Shown here: positions 8,701-16,139 of the stretch, piece by piece
Layout: each line of letters begins with the position of its first letter
Numbering within the stretch: position 1 is the first letter of the stretch
Source of the DNA: an uncultured Pseudobdellovibrionaceae bacterium
GTDB taxonomy: Bacteria; Bdellovibrionota_B; Oligoflexia; Oligoflexales; Bog-1112
Assembly: GCA_964635325.1 (NCBI GenBank)
Contig: CAZWOL010000049.1
Location: 1-22,018 of the forward strand
Direction of reading: 5' to 3'
DNA: 22,018 nucleotides
Made by a program: the position numbers and the translations under genes
Notes under the pieces: generated by a model
Database searches by the model: none
What the model was told of the DNA's origin: nothing
What the model saw: the letters and a program-made list of their open reading frames with translations, nothing else

Positions 8701-9139
8701 AATCTGGAACAATGGTGGCTTGCGAAACTGCATAGAGCAAGGGCAGTTCCTTCGGAAGGAATTAGGAAAATTTTTTGACACAAGCAAAAATAATTTACGA
8801 AAAAAAATCTTAGCGGTCATCTCAGGCCGCCTTCACTTTTTTTCAATAGCATCGTTTCAAGATAATGAAGCAATGCAGTGGGTGATCGGCAATGGAGGCA
8901 GCAACCCACTCATCGGATGGTGGAACACGCTTGGCATGCAAATCCCCAACCTGATAACTTACAATCTAGCCATCACATCCGGTGATCGAATAGTTAAGAA
9001 GAGCTATTTTTATAACAATGACTGGGGATTTAGCCTCCTAGAGGCTGATCATGAAAACTGGACTCTCAGCAACTTCGATACTTCAGGAGCTAAAGCAGGA
9101 TACTACCAAGTTAATAGTCAGGACCGCAGCTACAAGTAG
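5783..9139 (+). CDS. giant secreted (lipo)protein: six FN3/PAP-N-like repeats + YAWLQL domain + degenerate purple-acid-phosphatase-like metallophosphoesterase domain (paralog 1)
   Basis: The signal peptide MRQIQTLIYASLLLVCSSSC suggests the true start may be ATG 5816. Six ~100-aa repeats each carry YV(L/I)YWGKS and (F/H)L(I/V)x..N..GES motifs. After them come YAWLQLGLS...C...C, then the phosphoesterase motifs IVGDTG, VIHQGNYVY, FVRGNRED, ISGRLHFF and VIGNGG. Confidence 0.85.
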   Translation: MNQDSLGVDHKMRQIQTLIYASLLLVCSSSCKTPAPKINKRNNLTPTSAPTNEKKVPNHAASAVLFKDMDSRGSYVEGTLKIGKAFDESDITHYVLYWGKSASEKVPNLVPLAKVDKTGANLKVSIAKDTQIPNTASHLIVLTGNENGEMAKGVSTKIHDLGIPLNAALSLNFHKTEVTESHIQGTLTIDRAMDESDLNAYVIYWGKSTTQKLSPTPLATLKKGEAKLTFDLDMSRPKGAVYFLVFAKNDDGESERSISTPIITDGIPTIDIINAKFQENDPNPNTIGGTITFDKPSDSTEVVIYWHNSGDKSQSAFAETKTGEYNIPQSTQIPEGMTHFLLVSKNKMGESLSGQLIPIIKRLVPKEVGTASISKNDSTNFQSLSAILTLNTPNSSTIQQFHLYWGQSETQKLQDTPFQTYQADTPSIQHSFNETTLAEDASHILIYSANEFGESQTPVAVEIPYNLELRPKSIAKKIEFKDTNYKTQHISGQLSIERADNEKDLTDYVVYWAKGEAKGGFIVKIPKGKTSDPLHIDFESTKIPDDSTGFLVYTSYHGQESIDKATLDGIDDAPKIASLEFTDEYTGLMRLGGELKITPPQLDLNSSKQEIFKNSFKSYEIYLYAPHKNKEAKTENWIRLSSLKNRDNPTISLDQELPKEAISNNEIKFKVTIKDKEDFEGPAFERTFEKKIPHVAYAWLQLGLSKDNPTQITDDVPAVDNYDLRVISTDGSCPEAIIGKNIETMKLRAGNNLSQDFKVTTCQLKISNPNEKIKILVGDQTLTAQPFSSLTSLQIVGDTGCGPECLSRNEFIVVSTRMRNQNNQLVIHQGNYVYQETSDSWANWEEEFFKPAKDLLSEAPWVFVRGNREDCKGAYHGFIRFLDVWDYTAQSQKCKEVSHPFKFERTGGTFYIADSSAVPSHETSSAEQKQGLIDGLSKTFKAIDSDASSSNSKFLLTSSPIWACEPQLVSPSEIWNNGGLRNCIEQGQFLRKELGKFFDTSKNNLRKKILAVISGRLHFFSIASFQDNEAMQWVIGNGGSNPLIGWWNTLGMQIPNLITYNLAITSGDRIVKKSYFYNNDWGFSLLEADHENWTLSNFDTSGAKAGYYQVNSQDRSYK
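5969..7852 (+). repeat. six tandem ~100-aa protein-level repeats (FN3 / purple-acid-phosphatase N-domain-like) inside paralog 1
   Basis: The repeats begin GTLKIGKAFDESDITHYVLYWGKS, GTLTIDRAMDESDLNAYVIYWGKS, TEVVIYWHNSGDKS, QQFHLYWGQSETQK, GQLSIERADNEKDLTDYVVYWAKG and SYEIYLYAP. They end SHLIVLTGNENGE, VYFLVFAKNDDGES, THFLLVSKNKMGES, SHILIYSANEFGES and GFLVYTSYHGQES respectively. They are diverged at the DNA level. Confidence 0.75.
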
Positions 9140-9345
9140 CCTTTACGATCTCATTGATTACGGCAAAAACAACCTCGTTTCAATAGATGCTACAACCTTT
9201 AGTAAGCATGCGGCATCTCAAACAAGCCTACCTAAGCATAATCGTAGAGTTCTGCATAATCTTCAAAAGATTGACAACTCTAAAACTATTTTTCAAAAAT
9301 CCAAAAATTTTTCATAACCAGGCAAGTTATCCTCTCCATTCAGAA

Positions 9346-9375
9346 TTGTAAGATTTCCATGTTACGCAATATAAT
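9346..9375 (+). promoter_or_regulatory. candidate sigma70-type promoter for paralog 2 (TTGTAA -18- TATAAT)
   Basis: TTGTAA lies at 9346-9351, followed by an 18-bp spacer and a perfect TATAAT at 9370-9375. This sits ~30 nt upstream of the GGGGGAG Shine-Dalgarno, inside the 265-bp AT-rich spacer between the paralogs. Confidence 0.35.
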
Positions 9376-9404
9376 TTTACAAAAGCCAAAAGCTCAGAGG
9401 GGGA

Positions 9405-12400
9405 GTGCCAGTGAAAAATCGTCTCTACGTCTTGTCCATTTGTGCATTTATGATGTGGGATCTAACATCCTGCGCAAATAAGAACACTGGAGGTCGCGCT
9501 CAATCCGCAGACAACCCCATACCGAGTGAGGAAACTACCCCAGCAAAGCAACCTGACAAAGGTCAAACTCATAAAACTACAGACGCTCCCACTAACGAAG
9601 TAAGCACGTCAACGACCAATGCCACGCCTCCCGAAAGTGGAAAACCAGATGAAGCTACTAATAGGAGCGAACAAAAAGAAGCTAGAGAAAACAGCGCCCC
9701 TGGAACTGGAGGGGATGCTAACGAACCTGAGCTCCCCTTACTCCCTCGAGCAGAAAAAATTGAAGCAGCGACTAAACTCACAACGAACAATGAACTAACA
9801 GGCTCCGTGTGGGTTGAACCTTCTGATCATCCAGAAAGCACTCATGACTATGTCCTATATCTCGGATCAAGTCCTTCTAGCCCCTTTGATGAAAGTAAAC
9901 TATTACTTGTTCGTACACTTCAAGAACTCAAAAATGATCAAGAATCGATTCAATTGCCCCACAAGATTTTAAGCGAACAGGATCAATATCTCCTTGTTGC
10001 ACCTCGCAGCACCGACAAAAAGCTTGGAGCACAGATCAGCATAGCACTATTTCCAATTTCCTATGCTTGGCTTCAACTTTCTACGACAGAAGGTGAATAT
10101 TCCGCTCGAGCCATCACGGAACACGACAGCTGCCCCACAGCTATCATCGATGGCAATGCACAGGATATGAAACTACGTGATAAAGATGAAAAATTTCATT
10201 TCAAAGTTTGTGAACTTAGCATTAAGGATACAGCAAAAAGCTTAATCATCGCTGACAAAGAACTGAAAATCAAACCCCGAAAAAGCATCGAAAGAATGCA
10301 TCTCATCGGCAATACCAACAATGATCAAAATGGATTCTACAGTCCACAATTCCCCAACGTTGCAAATAAGATTACGACAGATAACCCAGAACTCATCGTT
10401 CATCTAGGTGACATGGTCGAAGGAGCCAGCGACTACAATCAATGGGTGAAGCAATTTTTTGAGCCCGCAAAAGAGCTCATGAGTATGGCCCCCTTCGTTT
10501 TTGTACGTGGAGAAAAAGACAAATGCATTGCAGATAGATTCTTTGGCACAACAGACAATAAAAGCGAATGCGAATCTGTATTACCTATCTATAGTTTTAA
10601 AGTAAGAAAAGGAAAGTTCTTTGTACTCGATTCCACGGACAAAGAGCCTGAGAATAGAATGCGCTTAGAAAATGATTTCGCATTCAAATCTATACGAAAT
10701 GGAGCACAACCCAATAATTTTATACTGACTCACATGACAGCATGGGGTTGTATGCCGATTTCGTTAGGAAATCAATGCGAAGACGATGGATACTACTTTC
10801 GGGAAAAATTCTTAAATAAATTCAACCCAGACAGTTTAAACAAGTTTCAAGCAATCATATCAGCTCATATTCCACTATTTGCAATGAACTCGTATGCTAA
10901 GCATCCAATGCAGATTATTGTTGGAAACGGAGGACAGTCGATCCTAAGATACAATGGTCCCATCTCCTATGGAGAGGATCCAAAATTCCGAGAATCAAAA
11001 CCCGATCAACCTACCAACCATACAAGTGACTCTAAGTATGGCTACAGCGTCTTGGAGCCAATTAAAGATGCGTGGCAGCTGACAAGTGTCCATGCAAAAG
11101 ACAATACCAAGGCATATTTTAAGCTAGCCGATGGAAAATTCGAATCTCTTGCAAGACCCCGACCTGAGGATCAAGCGTTGAATGCTGCCAATCAATTGAA
11201 ATCGATTGAGGGATGGGTAACATTTCAAGAAGCTAACGACAAAAATATCGATAGCTATATTTTTTATATTGGAACATCACCAAAAAGCAAATGGCAAGAG
11301 GATAAGGAGATCACCAGGATCTCTACAGACTTGATCGCATCTTTTCGTAAAAATCTAGAACCAAACCAAGCCATAGATTTTTCAGAAATTGTCTATTTTC
11401 CAAGCCTTTCGCAGCTTAGAAATGACCCCAAAAATGAGCAAGATCAATACCTCCTTGTTATCCCATATAATGCTAAAGGTGAGACTGGACCTCCTATTAG
11501 CACACCACTATTTTTTCATAACTATGCCTGGCTCCAACTATCCACCGACTTAACTCAATATGATCTACGAGCCGTCAGTACCGATGTAGGATGTCCTCTA
11601 GTCCAGATCGATGGCAAAACAGAAACTATGGCTGTTCGCGCTAGAAAAGACAAAGACTTTGAGGTTACAGTCTGCAACCTAAAGATTGCAGATACCGTTA
11701 CAGACGTGAAAGTAGCTAACCAAGAATTCAAACTAAGAAAGCGAAAAGATATCAAAAAAATGCATCTAGTTGGGGATACTGGTTTCAATAATTCTTGGTC
11801 CAGCAAGGCAGGTTTTTTTAGCTGGGAAACAGCTGGACTTTATAAAGATTGGCTCTCTGGTGCAAAGCCAATGTTTCCTGCTGTAGCCAACAAAATAGCA
11901 GAGGATAGCCCAGAACTCATCATTCACATGGGTGACTATCTCTATAGCCATACAAAGACATTTGCTCAGTGGAGACAAGAATTCTTCGAACCTGCGAGTG
12001 AGATGTTGAGTAAAGCTCCTCTCGTCTTTGTCCGAGGAAACAAAGAATCCTGCGAAGAACATGGAGATGCCTACAGACGTCTCTTCGATGTTGAGCCATA
12101 TGACAAGGACAGTGCATGTAAGAAGGTCATACCGGCCTATACTATCGAGGTGGCAGGAGGAAAGTTCCTCATCTTAGACTCGTCAGATGCTCAATCCATC
12201 GAGAAGAGCTACAAACAAAAAGGTGATAATTTTTACAATCTCACCGAAACATCTTTAATTCATGATCTGAAAGATTTCGCACAGCATCTTACAGATCCAG
12301 CAACTAACTCCTTTATCATCACACACCGAGATGTCTGGGGCTGCGCACCAAAATCTACTACCACATGCTCACCTGGTGGTTACCTGATGCGAGAGAAGGT

Positions 12401-12788
12401 CCTTAATCAAGATGGGATGGAAAAATTACAGAACATACAAGCGGTCCTATCCGGTCATCTACATCTCTTTGCAATATCATCATTCAAAGATCATGCAATG
12501 CAGATCATCATTGGAAACGGTGGGACTGTGCTCAACACTCCGTACAAGATCGGTGAAGAATATGGCCCCATTTCAAATGATCCAAGTAATGTACAAAAAC
12601 ATGCAGAAGACTATAAGCATGGCTACGCTACTTTAGAACGAAATCAAAATGGCGGATGGACTCTTATCAGTAAATTTACCAAAGGTAGTGATAGAACTTT
12701 TGTCTTGAAGAATAGAAGTATTGAAACTCTACAATGGAATCTACACGAAAGAGAAGAAGACAAAGAGAATTCTGGACAGGAAGAATAA
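9405..12788 (+). CDS. giant secreted lipoprotein with two tandem FN3-like + YAWLQL + purple-acid-phosphatase-like modules (paralog 2)
   Basis: A lipoprotein signal (VLSICAFMMWDLTS-C) is followed by a ~100-aa T/P/E/K-rich disordered linker. Module A is DYVLYLGSSP...YAWLQLSTTEG...HLIGNTNN...IVHLGDMVEG...FVRGEKDKC...ISAHIPLF. Module B is SYIFYIGTSP...YAWLQLSTDLT...HLVGDTG...IIHMGDYLY...FVRGNKESC...ITHRD...LSGHLHLF...IIGNGG. The start is GTG 9405 or, more likely, GTG 9411, with a GGGGGAG Shine-Dalgarno at 9398-9404. Confidence 0.85.
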   Translation: MPVKNRLYVLSICAFMMWDLTSCANKNTGGRAQSADNPIPSEETTPAKQPDKGQTHKTTDAPTNEVSTSTTNATPPESGKPDEATNRSEQKEARENSAPGTGGDANEPELPLLPRAEKIEAATKLTTNNELTGSVWVEPSDHPESTHDYVLYLGSSPSSPFDESKLLLVRTLQELKNDQESIQLPHKILSEQDQYLLVAPRSTDKKLGAQISIALFPISYAWLQLSTTEGEYSARAITEHDSCPTAIIDGNAQDMKLRDKDEKFHFKVCELSIKDTAKSLIIADKELKIKPRKSIERMHLIGNTNNDQNGFYSPQFPNVANKITTDNPELIVHLGDMVEGASDYNQWVKQFFEPAKELMSMAPFVFVRGEKDKCIADRFFGTTDNKSECESVLPIYSFKVRKGKFFVLDSTDKEPENRMRLENDFAFKSIRNGAQPNNFILTHMTAWGCMPISLGNQCEDDGYYFREKFLNKFNPDSLNKFQAIISAHIPLFAMNSYAKHPMQIIVGNGGQSILRYNGPISYGEDPKFRESKPDQPTNHTSDSKYGYSVLEPIKDAWQLTSVHAKDNTKAYFKLADGKFESLARPRPEDQALNAANQLKSIEGWVTFQEANDKNIDSYIFYIGTSPKSKWQEDKEITRISTDLIASFRKNLEPNQAIDFSEIVYFPSLSQLRNDPKNEQDQYLLVIPYNAKGETGPPISTPLFFHNYAWLQLSTDLTQYDLRAVSTDVGCPLVQIDGKTETMAVRARKDKDFEVTVCNLKIADTVTDVKVANQEFKLRKRKDIKKMHLVGDTGFNNSWSSKAGFFSWETAGLYKDWLSGAKPMFPAVANKIAEDSPELIIHMGDYLYSHTKTFAQWRQEFFEPASEMLSKAPLVFVRGNKESCEEHGDAYRRLFDVEPYDKDSACKKVIPAYTIEVAGGKFLILDSSDAQSIEKSYKQKGDNFYNLTETSLIHDLKDFAQHLTDPATNSFIITHRDVWGCAPKSTTTCSPGGYLMREKVLNQDGMEKLQNIQAVLSGHLHLFAISSFKDHAMQIIIGNGGTVLNTPYKIGEEYGPISNDPSNVQKHAEDYKHGYATLERNQNGGWTLISKFTKGSDRTFVLKNRSIETLQWNLHEREEDKENSGQEE

Positions 12789-12892
12789 CGGAAGCGAACC
12801 CCCCTGGCATTTCCGCAATTTTCTAAATTTTCCACTCCCATTCCAGCAACTTATACATAAAGCCTAAAACCCTACCTCACTTTGCCGAAAAC

Positions 12893-12917
12893 TCCTGCAC
12901 CACAGATTTGTGCAGGA
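12893..12917 (+). promoter_or_regulatory. 8-bp-stem inverted repeat TCCTGCAC-N9-GTGCAGGA overlapping the Shine-Dalgarno of the hybrid kinase gene
   Basis: The stems at 12893-12900 and 12910-12917 are perfect with a 9-nt loop. The 3' arm contains the GCAGGA Shine-Dalgarno 7 nt before ATG 12925. Confidence 0.3.
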
Positions 12918-15900
12918 TTCATCAATGGCTCATGATGCAAAAGAAAAAGAACGTCTAGAGGAACTGGCAAGTTTTCACATATTAGGAACTGGACCAGAAC
13001 CTTTGTTCGACGACATTACTTTTTTAGCAGCACGCATTTTCCATGTACCAATAGCTGCCGTAAGTATCCTAGATGAGCATCGCAATTGGTACAAATCCAA
13101 GGTTGGCATCGAACAGGATGAAGTTCCACGCAAAGATGCGTTCTGCAATGTGACTATTGCTGATATGGACCTACTCGTTATCGAGGATACGTTGGAAGAC
13201 GAACGTTTCAAAAACAATCCCTTCCAAATACGTTTTTATGCTGGAGCTCCACTGATCACTTCAAATGGGCTTGCATTAGGGACTCTGTGCATACTTGATC
13301 GCAATCCAAGAAAATTTGCAGCTGAAGACCGCGAACTACTGCTTACACTTGCACGACAGGTGATGAGTCACTTGGAGGCACGCAAGCTTCACCAGATATT
13401 CGAAGAAAAAGAAGAACAAAACAAGCTGATGCGCTACTGCTTGGATGCTGCAATGGTCGGTTTTTGGGAGTGGGACCTTACGACACAGTCGCTTGCTTGG
13501 GACCATAATATGTATCGCCTTTACGGTGTCAAAGAAGGCAAATATACCAACAACTCTGAGGCTTGGGATCAGATTCTCTATGAGAATGATCGCAACAAAG
13601 CTTATGCTGATATTAAGAAATCTTTAGATGGCACAGGTGAATTTCAATCACATTTTCGTGTCAAAACTGATAACACGGGTTTGAAGACCATTGCAGCGAA
13701 AGGAAAGGTACTCTTTTCGAATGAAGGCAAACCCATCCGAATGGTTGGCATCAACTGGGACATTTCTGCAGAGACTGAAAAAGCAGAATTCTTCCGAGGT
13801 ACTTTTGAAAACTCATCACTGCCTATAGCTGTTTTTGATCCCCAAGGCTTATTCTCACGCGTGAACAAAGCATTTGCAAATTTACTAGGGTATACTATCG
13901 ACTTCTTTCCAGGAAAAAAACTCACGACTTTCTTAGATTCTCATGACTTTGTCAAAATTCAGCTCAAAATGGAAGAAGCGGTTCAAATGAAAAGCTCACG
14001 TATCATGAGCTTTGAAAGCCAATGCAGACATATCACTGGTCGCCTAGTACCTGTACTTATACGTACACAACTATTTTTAACTCATGACAAAAGCCCTGCA
14101 TATTTCCTATTGTTTGTCACAGATTTGACGGAGCAGAAAAAAGCAAATGACGAGCTTATCGAAAAGAATAAGGCAATACTTGCGGAACGTAATCGCTTTG
14201 AAAACCTTGTTTTTGCAATCAACCAATCCGCTATTGTTGCACATACAGACACAGAAGGTAACCTAACCTCAGTAAATGCAAAATTCTGTGAAGTTAGCGG
14301 CTATGCTGAGCATGAATTATTGGGACAAAATTTTCGGATGCTAAGCTCAGGTACGCAGTCTGATAGATACTTTCTGAAAGCCTGGAAGGTCCTCAACTCT
14401 GGTGTTGCATGGAATGGAGAGGTCAGTTACTGCAAAAAGAATAAAGAGATCTTTTGGGTTGAAAGCACAATTGTTCCACTCATGAACTCTGATGGAAAAA
14501 TTGATCACTACATTGTCATCAGCTTCGAAATCACCAAACGTAAGCAGCTGGATGATCACCTTCGTGAAAGTCGCGAGCTTGCAAAAAAAGCAAGTCGAGC
14601 AAAGTCGGACTTTCTTTCCAATATGAGTCACGAGATTCGCACGCCACTCAACGGTATCATCGGCATGACAGATCTGCTCGTTGGAACCGAACTCGCAGCT
14701 CCTCAGCGCAAATACGCCAATGCTATTTTAGATTCAGGGAAAGTTTTGCTGCATCTGATCAATGACATTCTTGAATTTTCTAAGATTGAGTCCGGAAAAA
14801 TCGAGTTAGAGATTGGTGAAACAGATTTGGGCCACCTACTCCGTGGTCTTGTTATGCCACACCAATTTCAATGCACATCGAAAAACATCGGCTTTGATTT
14901 TCAGCCCGTCGAATTAGAACAAATGATTTTTGCTGATGGCGGGCGCCTAGGTCAGATCTTGAATAATCTTTTGAGCAACTCTGTCAAATTTACCTCCAAA
15001 GGTAAGGTCTCTCTCAAAGTCGAAATTATGAATCAGACATCTGAAAATATAACCTTGCTCTTCAAAGTTGAGGATACAGGTATTGGCATTGATGCCAAGT
15101 ATCAGAAGCATCTTTTCAAAGCTTTTACTCAGGGTGAGAGTATTTTTCAAAAATACGGTGGTACAGGACTTGGGTTATCCATCGTTAAAAAGCTTATTGA
15201 CTTGATGGGTGGCAAGCTCTCCTTCGAAAGCAAAAGCGGCGAAGGAAGTTCCTTTCAAATCGAAATTACATTCAAAAAATCAGCTACCCTTGTACGAGCA
15301 CACTCTATCGAAAATGAATTCAAGAAAGTTCCTCTCAAAAAATTAAAGGGACGAGTGCTAATTGCAGAAGATAATATTCTCAATCAAAGCATTGTCTATG
15401 AAATGCTTGTGGACCTAGGGTGCCAGGTAGCTGTTGCAGACAATGGACGAGAAGTCTTGCGTCAACTACAAAAAGATAGCTTCGACCTTATCCTTATGGA
15501 CTGTCGCATGCCAGAAATGGATGGCTATGAGTGTACGAAAGCGATTCGTAGCCATGATTCGGAAGCCATCGCAAAACTGAGAATCATTGCACTTACAGCT
15601 AATGCCTCTGCCGAAGACCGAGACCGCTGCCTTGCTGTTGGAATGAACAGCTTCATATCCAAACCGATCACAAAAGCTAAACTTTTTGCGACCCTCACAA
15701 CCTACTTGGGAGACGCTGATGCCCCCGTGGAGCATGAGAAAGCACCTGATGCTCTCAGCGGCAAAGTCGATCACAGCATTATTAATGACCTACTAGCAAT
15801 GGGCCGACGCAAACCCTCGTTTTTCCCACGTCAGCGGGAGCTCTTCACAACTCATGCGAAAGCAAAGCTAGAAACTCTGGCAGCGGAGATAAAAAATGTA

Positions 15901-16122
15901 AACCGTAAGGAAATACGGGAAATTGCACACTATTTGAAGGGATCAAGCGCTGGTCTTGGCTCACTCGAAATGGCAAGGCTTTGCAAAGAACTTGAACTCA
16001 GTGTAGAACGTTTGAGCGAAGAAGAACTTGAGAAATATCGCGCAGATATTAATCGAGAGTTTGATGTCTTTGTAAAGTACTTAAATACAATCATCGTAAA
16101 ACAAGAGGGCGAGACACCGTGA
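12910..16122 (+). CDS. cytoplasmic unorthodox hybrid sensor histidine kinase (GAF-PAS-PAS-PAS-HisKA-HATPase_c-REC-Hpt)
   Basis: An N-terminal GAF domain is present (FLAARIFHVPIAAVSILD...GTLCILDRNPRKF), followed by PAS-like blocks (FWEWDLTTQSLAWD; GNLTSVNAKFCEVSGY...WNGEV). The H-box SNMSHEIRTPLNG has its His codon at 14629-14631. The N-box is LGQILNNLLSNSVKFT, G1 is VEDTGIGI and G2 is GGTGLGLSIVKKL. The REC domain is VLIAEDN...DLILMDCRMPEMDG, with its Asp codon at 15499-15501. The Hpt motif is IAHYLKGSSAGLG, with its His codon at 15928-15930. There is no TM segment. The true start is likely ATG 12925 (MAHDAKEKER); the listed 12910 start is a GTG. Confidence 0.9.
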   Translation: MQDSSMAHDAKEKERLEELASFHILGTGPEPLFDDITFLAARIFHVPIAAVSILDEHRNWYKSKVGIEQDEVPRKDAFCNVTIADMDLLVIEDTLEDERFKNNPFQIRFYAGAPLITSNGLALGTLCILDRNPRKFAAEDRELLLTLARQVMSHLEARKLHQIFEEKEEQNKLMRYCLDAAMVGFWEWDLTTQSLAWDHNMYRLYGVKEGKYTNNSEAWDQILYENDRNKAYADIKKSLDGTGEFQSHFRVKTDNTGLKTIAAKGKVLFSNEGKPIRMVGINWDISAETEKAEFFRGTFENSSLPIAVFDPQGLFSRVNKAFANLLGYTIDFFPGKKLTTFLDSHDFVKIQLKMEEAVQMKSSRIMSFESQCRHITGRLVPVLIRTQLFLTHDKSPAYFLLFVTDLTEQKKANDELIEKNKAILAERNRFENLVFAINQSAIVAHTDTEGNLTSVNAKFCEVSGYAEHELLGQNFRMLSSGTQSDRYFLKAWKVLNSGVAWNGEVSYCKKNKEIFWVESTIVPLMNSDGKIDHYIVISFEITKRKQLDDHLRESRELAKKASRAKSDFLSNMSHEIRTPLNGIIGMTDLLVGTELAAPQRKYANAILDSGKVLLHLINDILEFSKIESGKIELEIGETDLGHLLRGLVMPHQFQCTSKNIGFDFQPVELEQMIFADGGRLGQILNNLLSNSVKFTSKGKVSLKVEIMNQTSENITLLFKVEDTGIGIDAKYQKHLFKAFTQGESIFQKYGGTGLGLSIVKKLIDLMGGKLSFESKSGEGSSFQIEITFKKSATLVRAHSIENEFKKVPLKKLKGRVLIAEDNILNQSIVYEMLVDLGCQVAVADNGREVLRQLQKDSFDLILMDCRMPEMDGYECTKAIRSHDSEAIAKLRIIALTANASAEDRDRCLAVGMNSFISKPITKAKLFATLTTYLGDADAPVEHEKAPDALSGKVDHSIINDLLAMGRRKPSFFPRQRELFTTHAKAKLETLAAEIKNVNRKEIREIAHYLKGSSAGLGSLEMARLCKELELSVERLSEEELEKYRADINREFDVFVKYLNTIIVKQEGETP

Positions 16123-16139
16123 ACAGGATGGGCTTATAA

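Noticed and set aside
9051-9317. 88-aa ORF overlapping the 3' end of paralog 1 and the spacer
   Set aside because: There is no Shine-Dalgarno. It overlaps a well-supported CDS out of frame, and the spacer is better explained as the promoter region for paralog 2.
9569-9790. 73-aa minus-strand ORF inside the disordered linker of paralog 2
   Set aside because: It is the low-complexity reverse-complement shadow of a T/P/E-rich coding region.
12789-12850. Intrinsic terminator after paralog 2 (CGGAAGCG...TTCCG followed by T-runs)
   Set aside because: The stem is only 5 bp with a 17-nt loop, and the T-tract is interrupted. It is too weak to call.
12910-12924. GTG start of the kinase ORF as given by the ORF track
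   Set aside because: The GTG lies inside the inverted repeat and lacks a Shine-Dalgarno. ATG 12925, with GCAGGA 7 nt upstream, is the likelier start.
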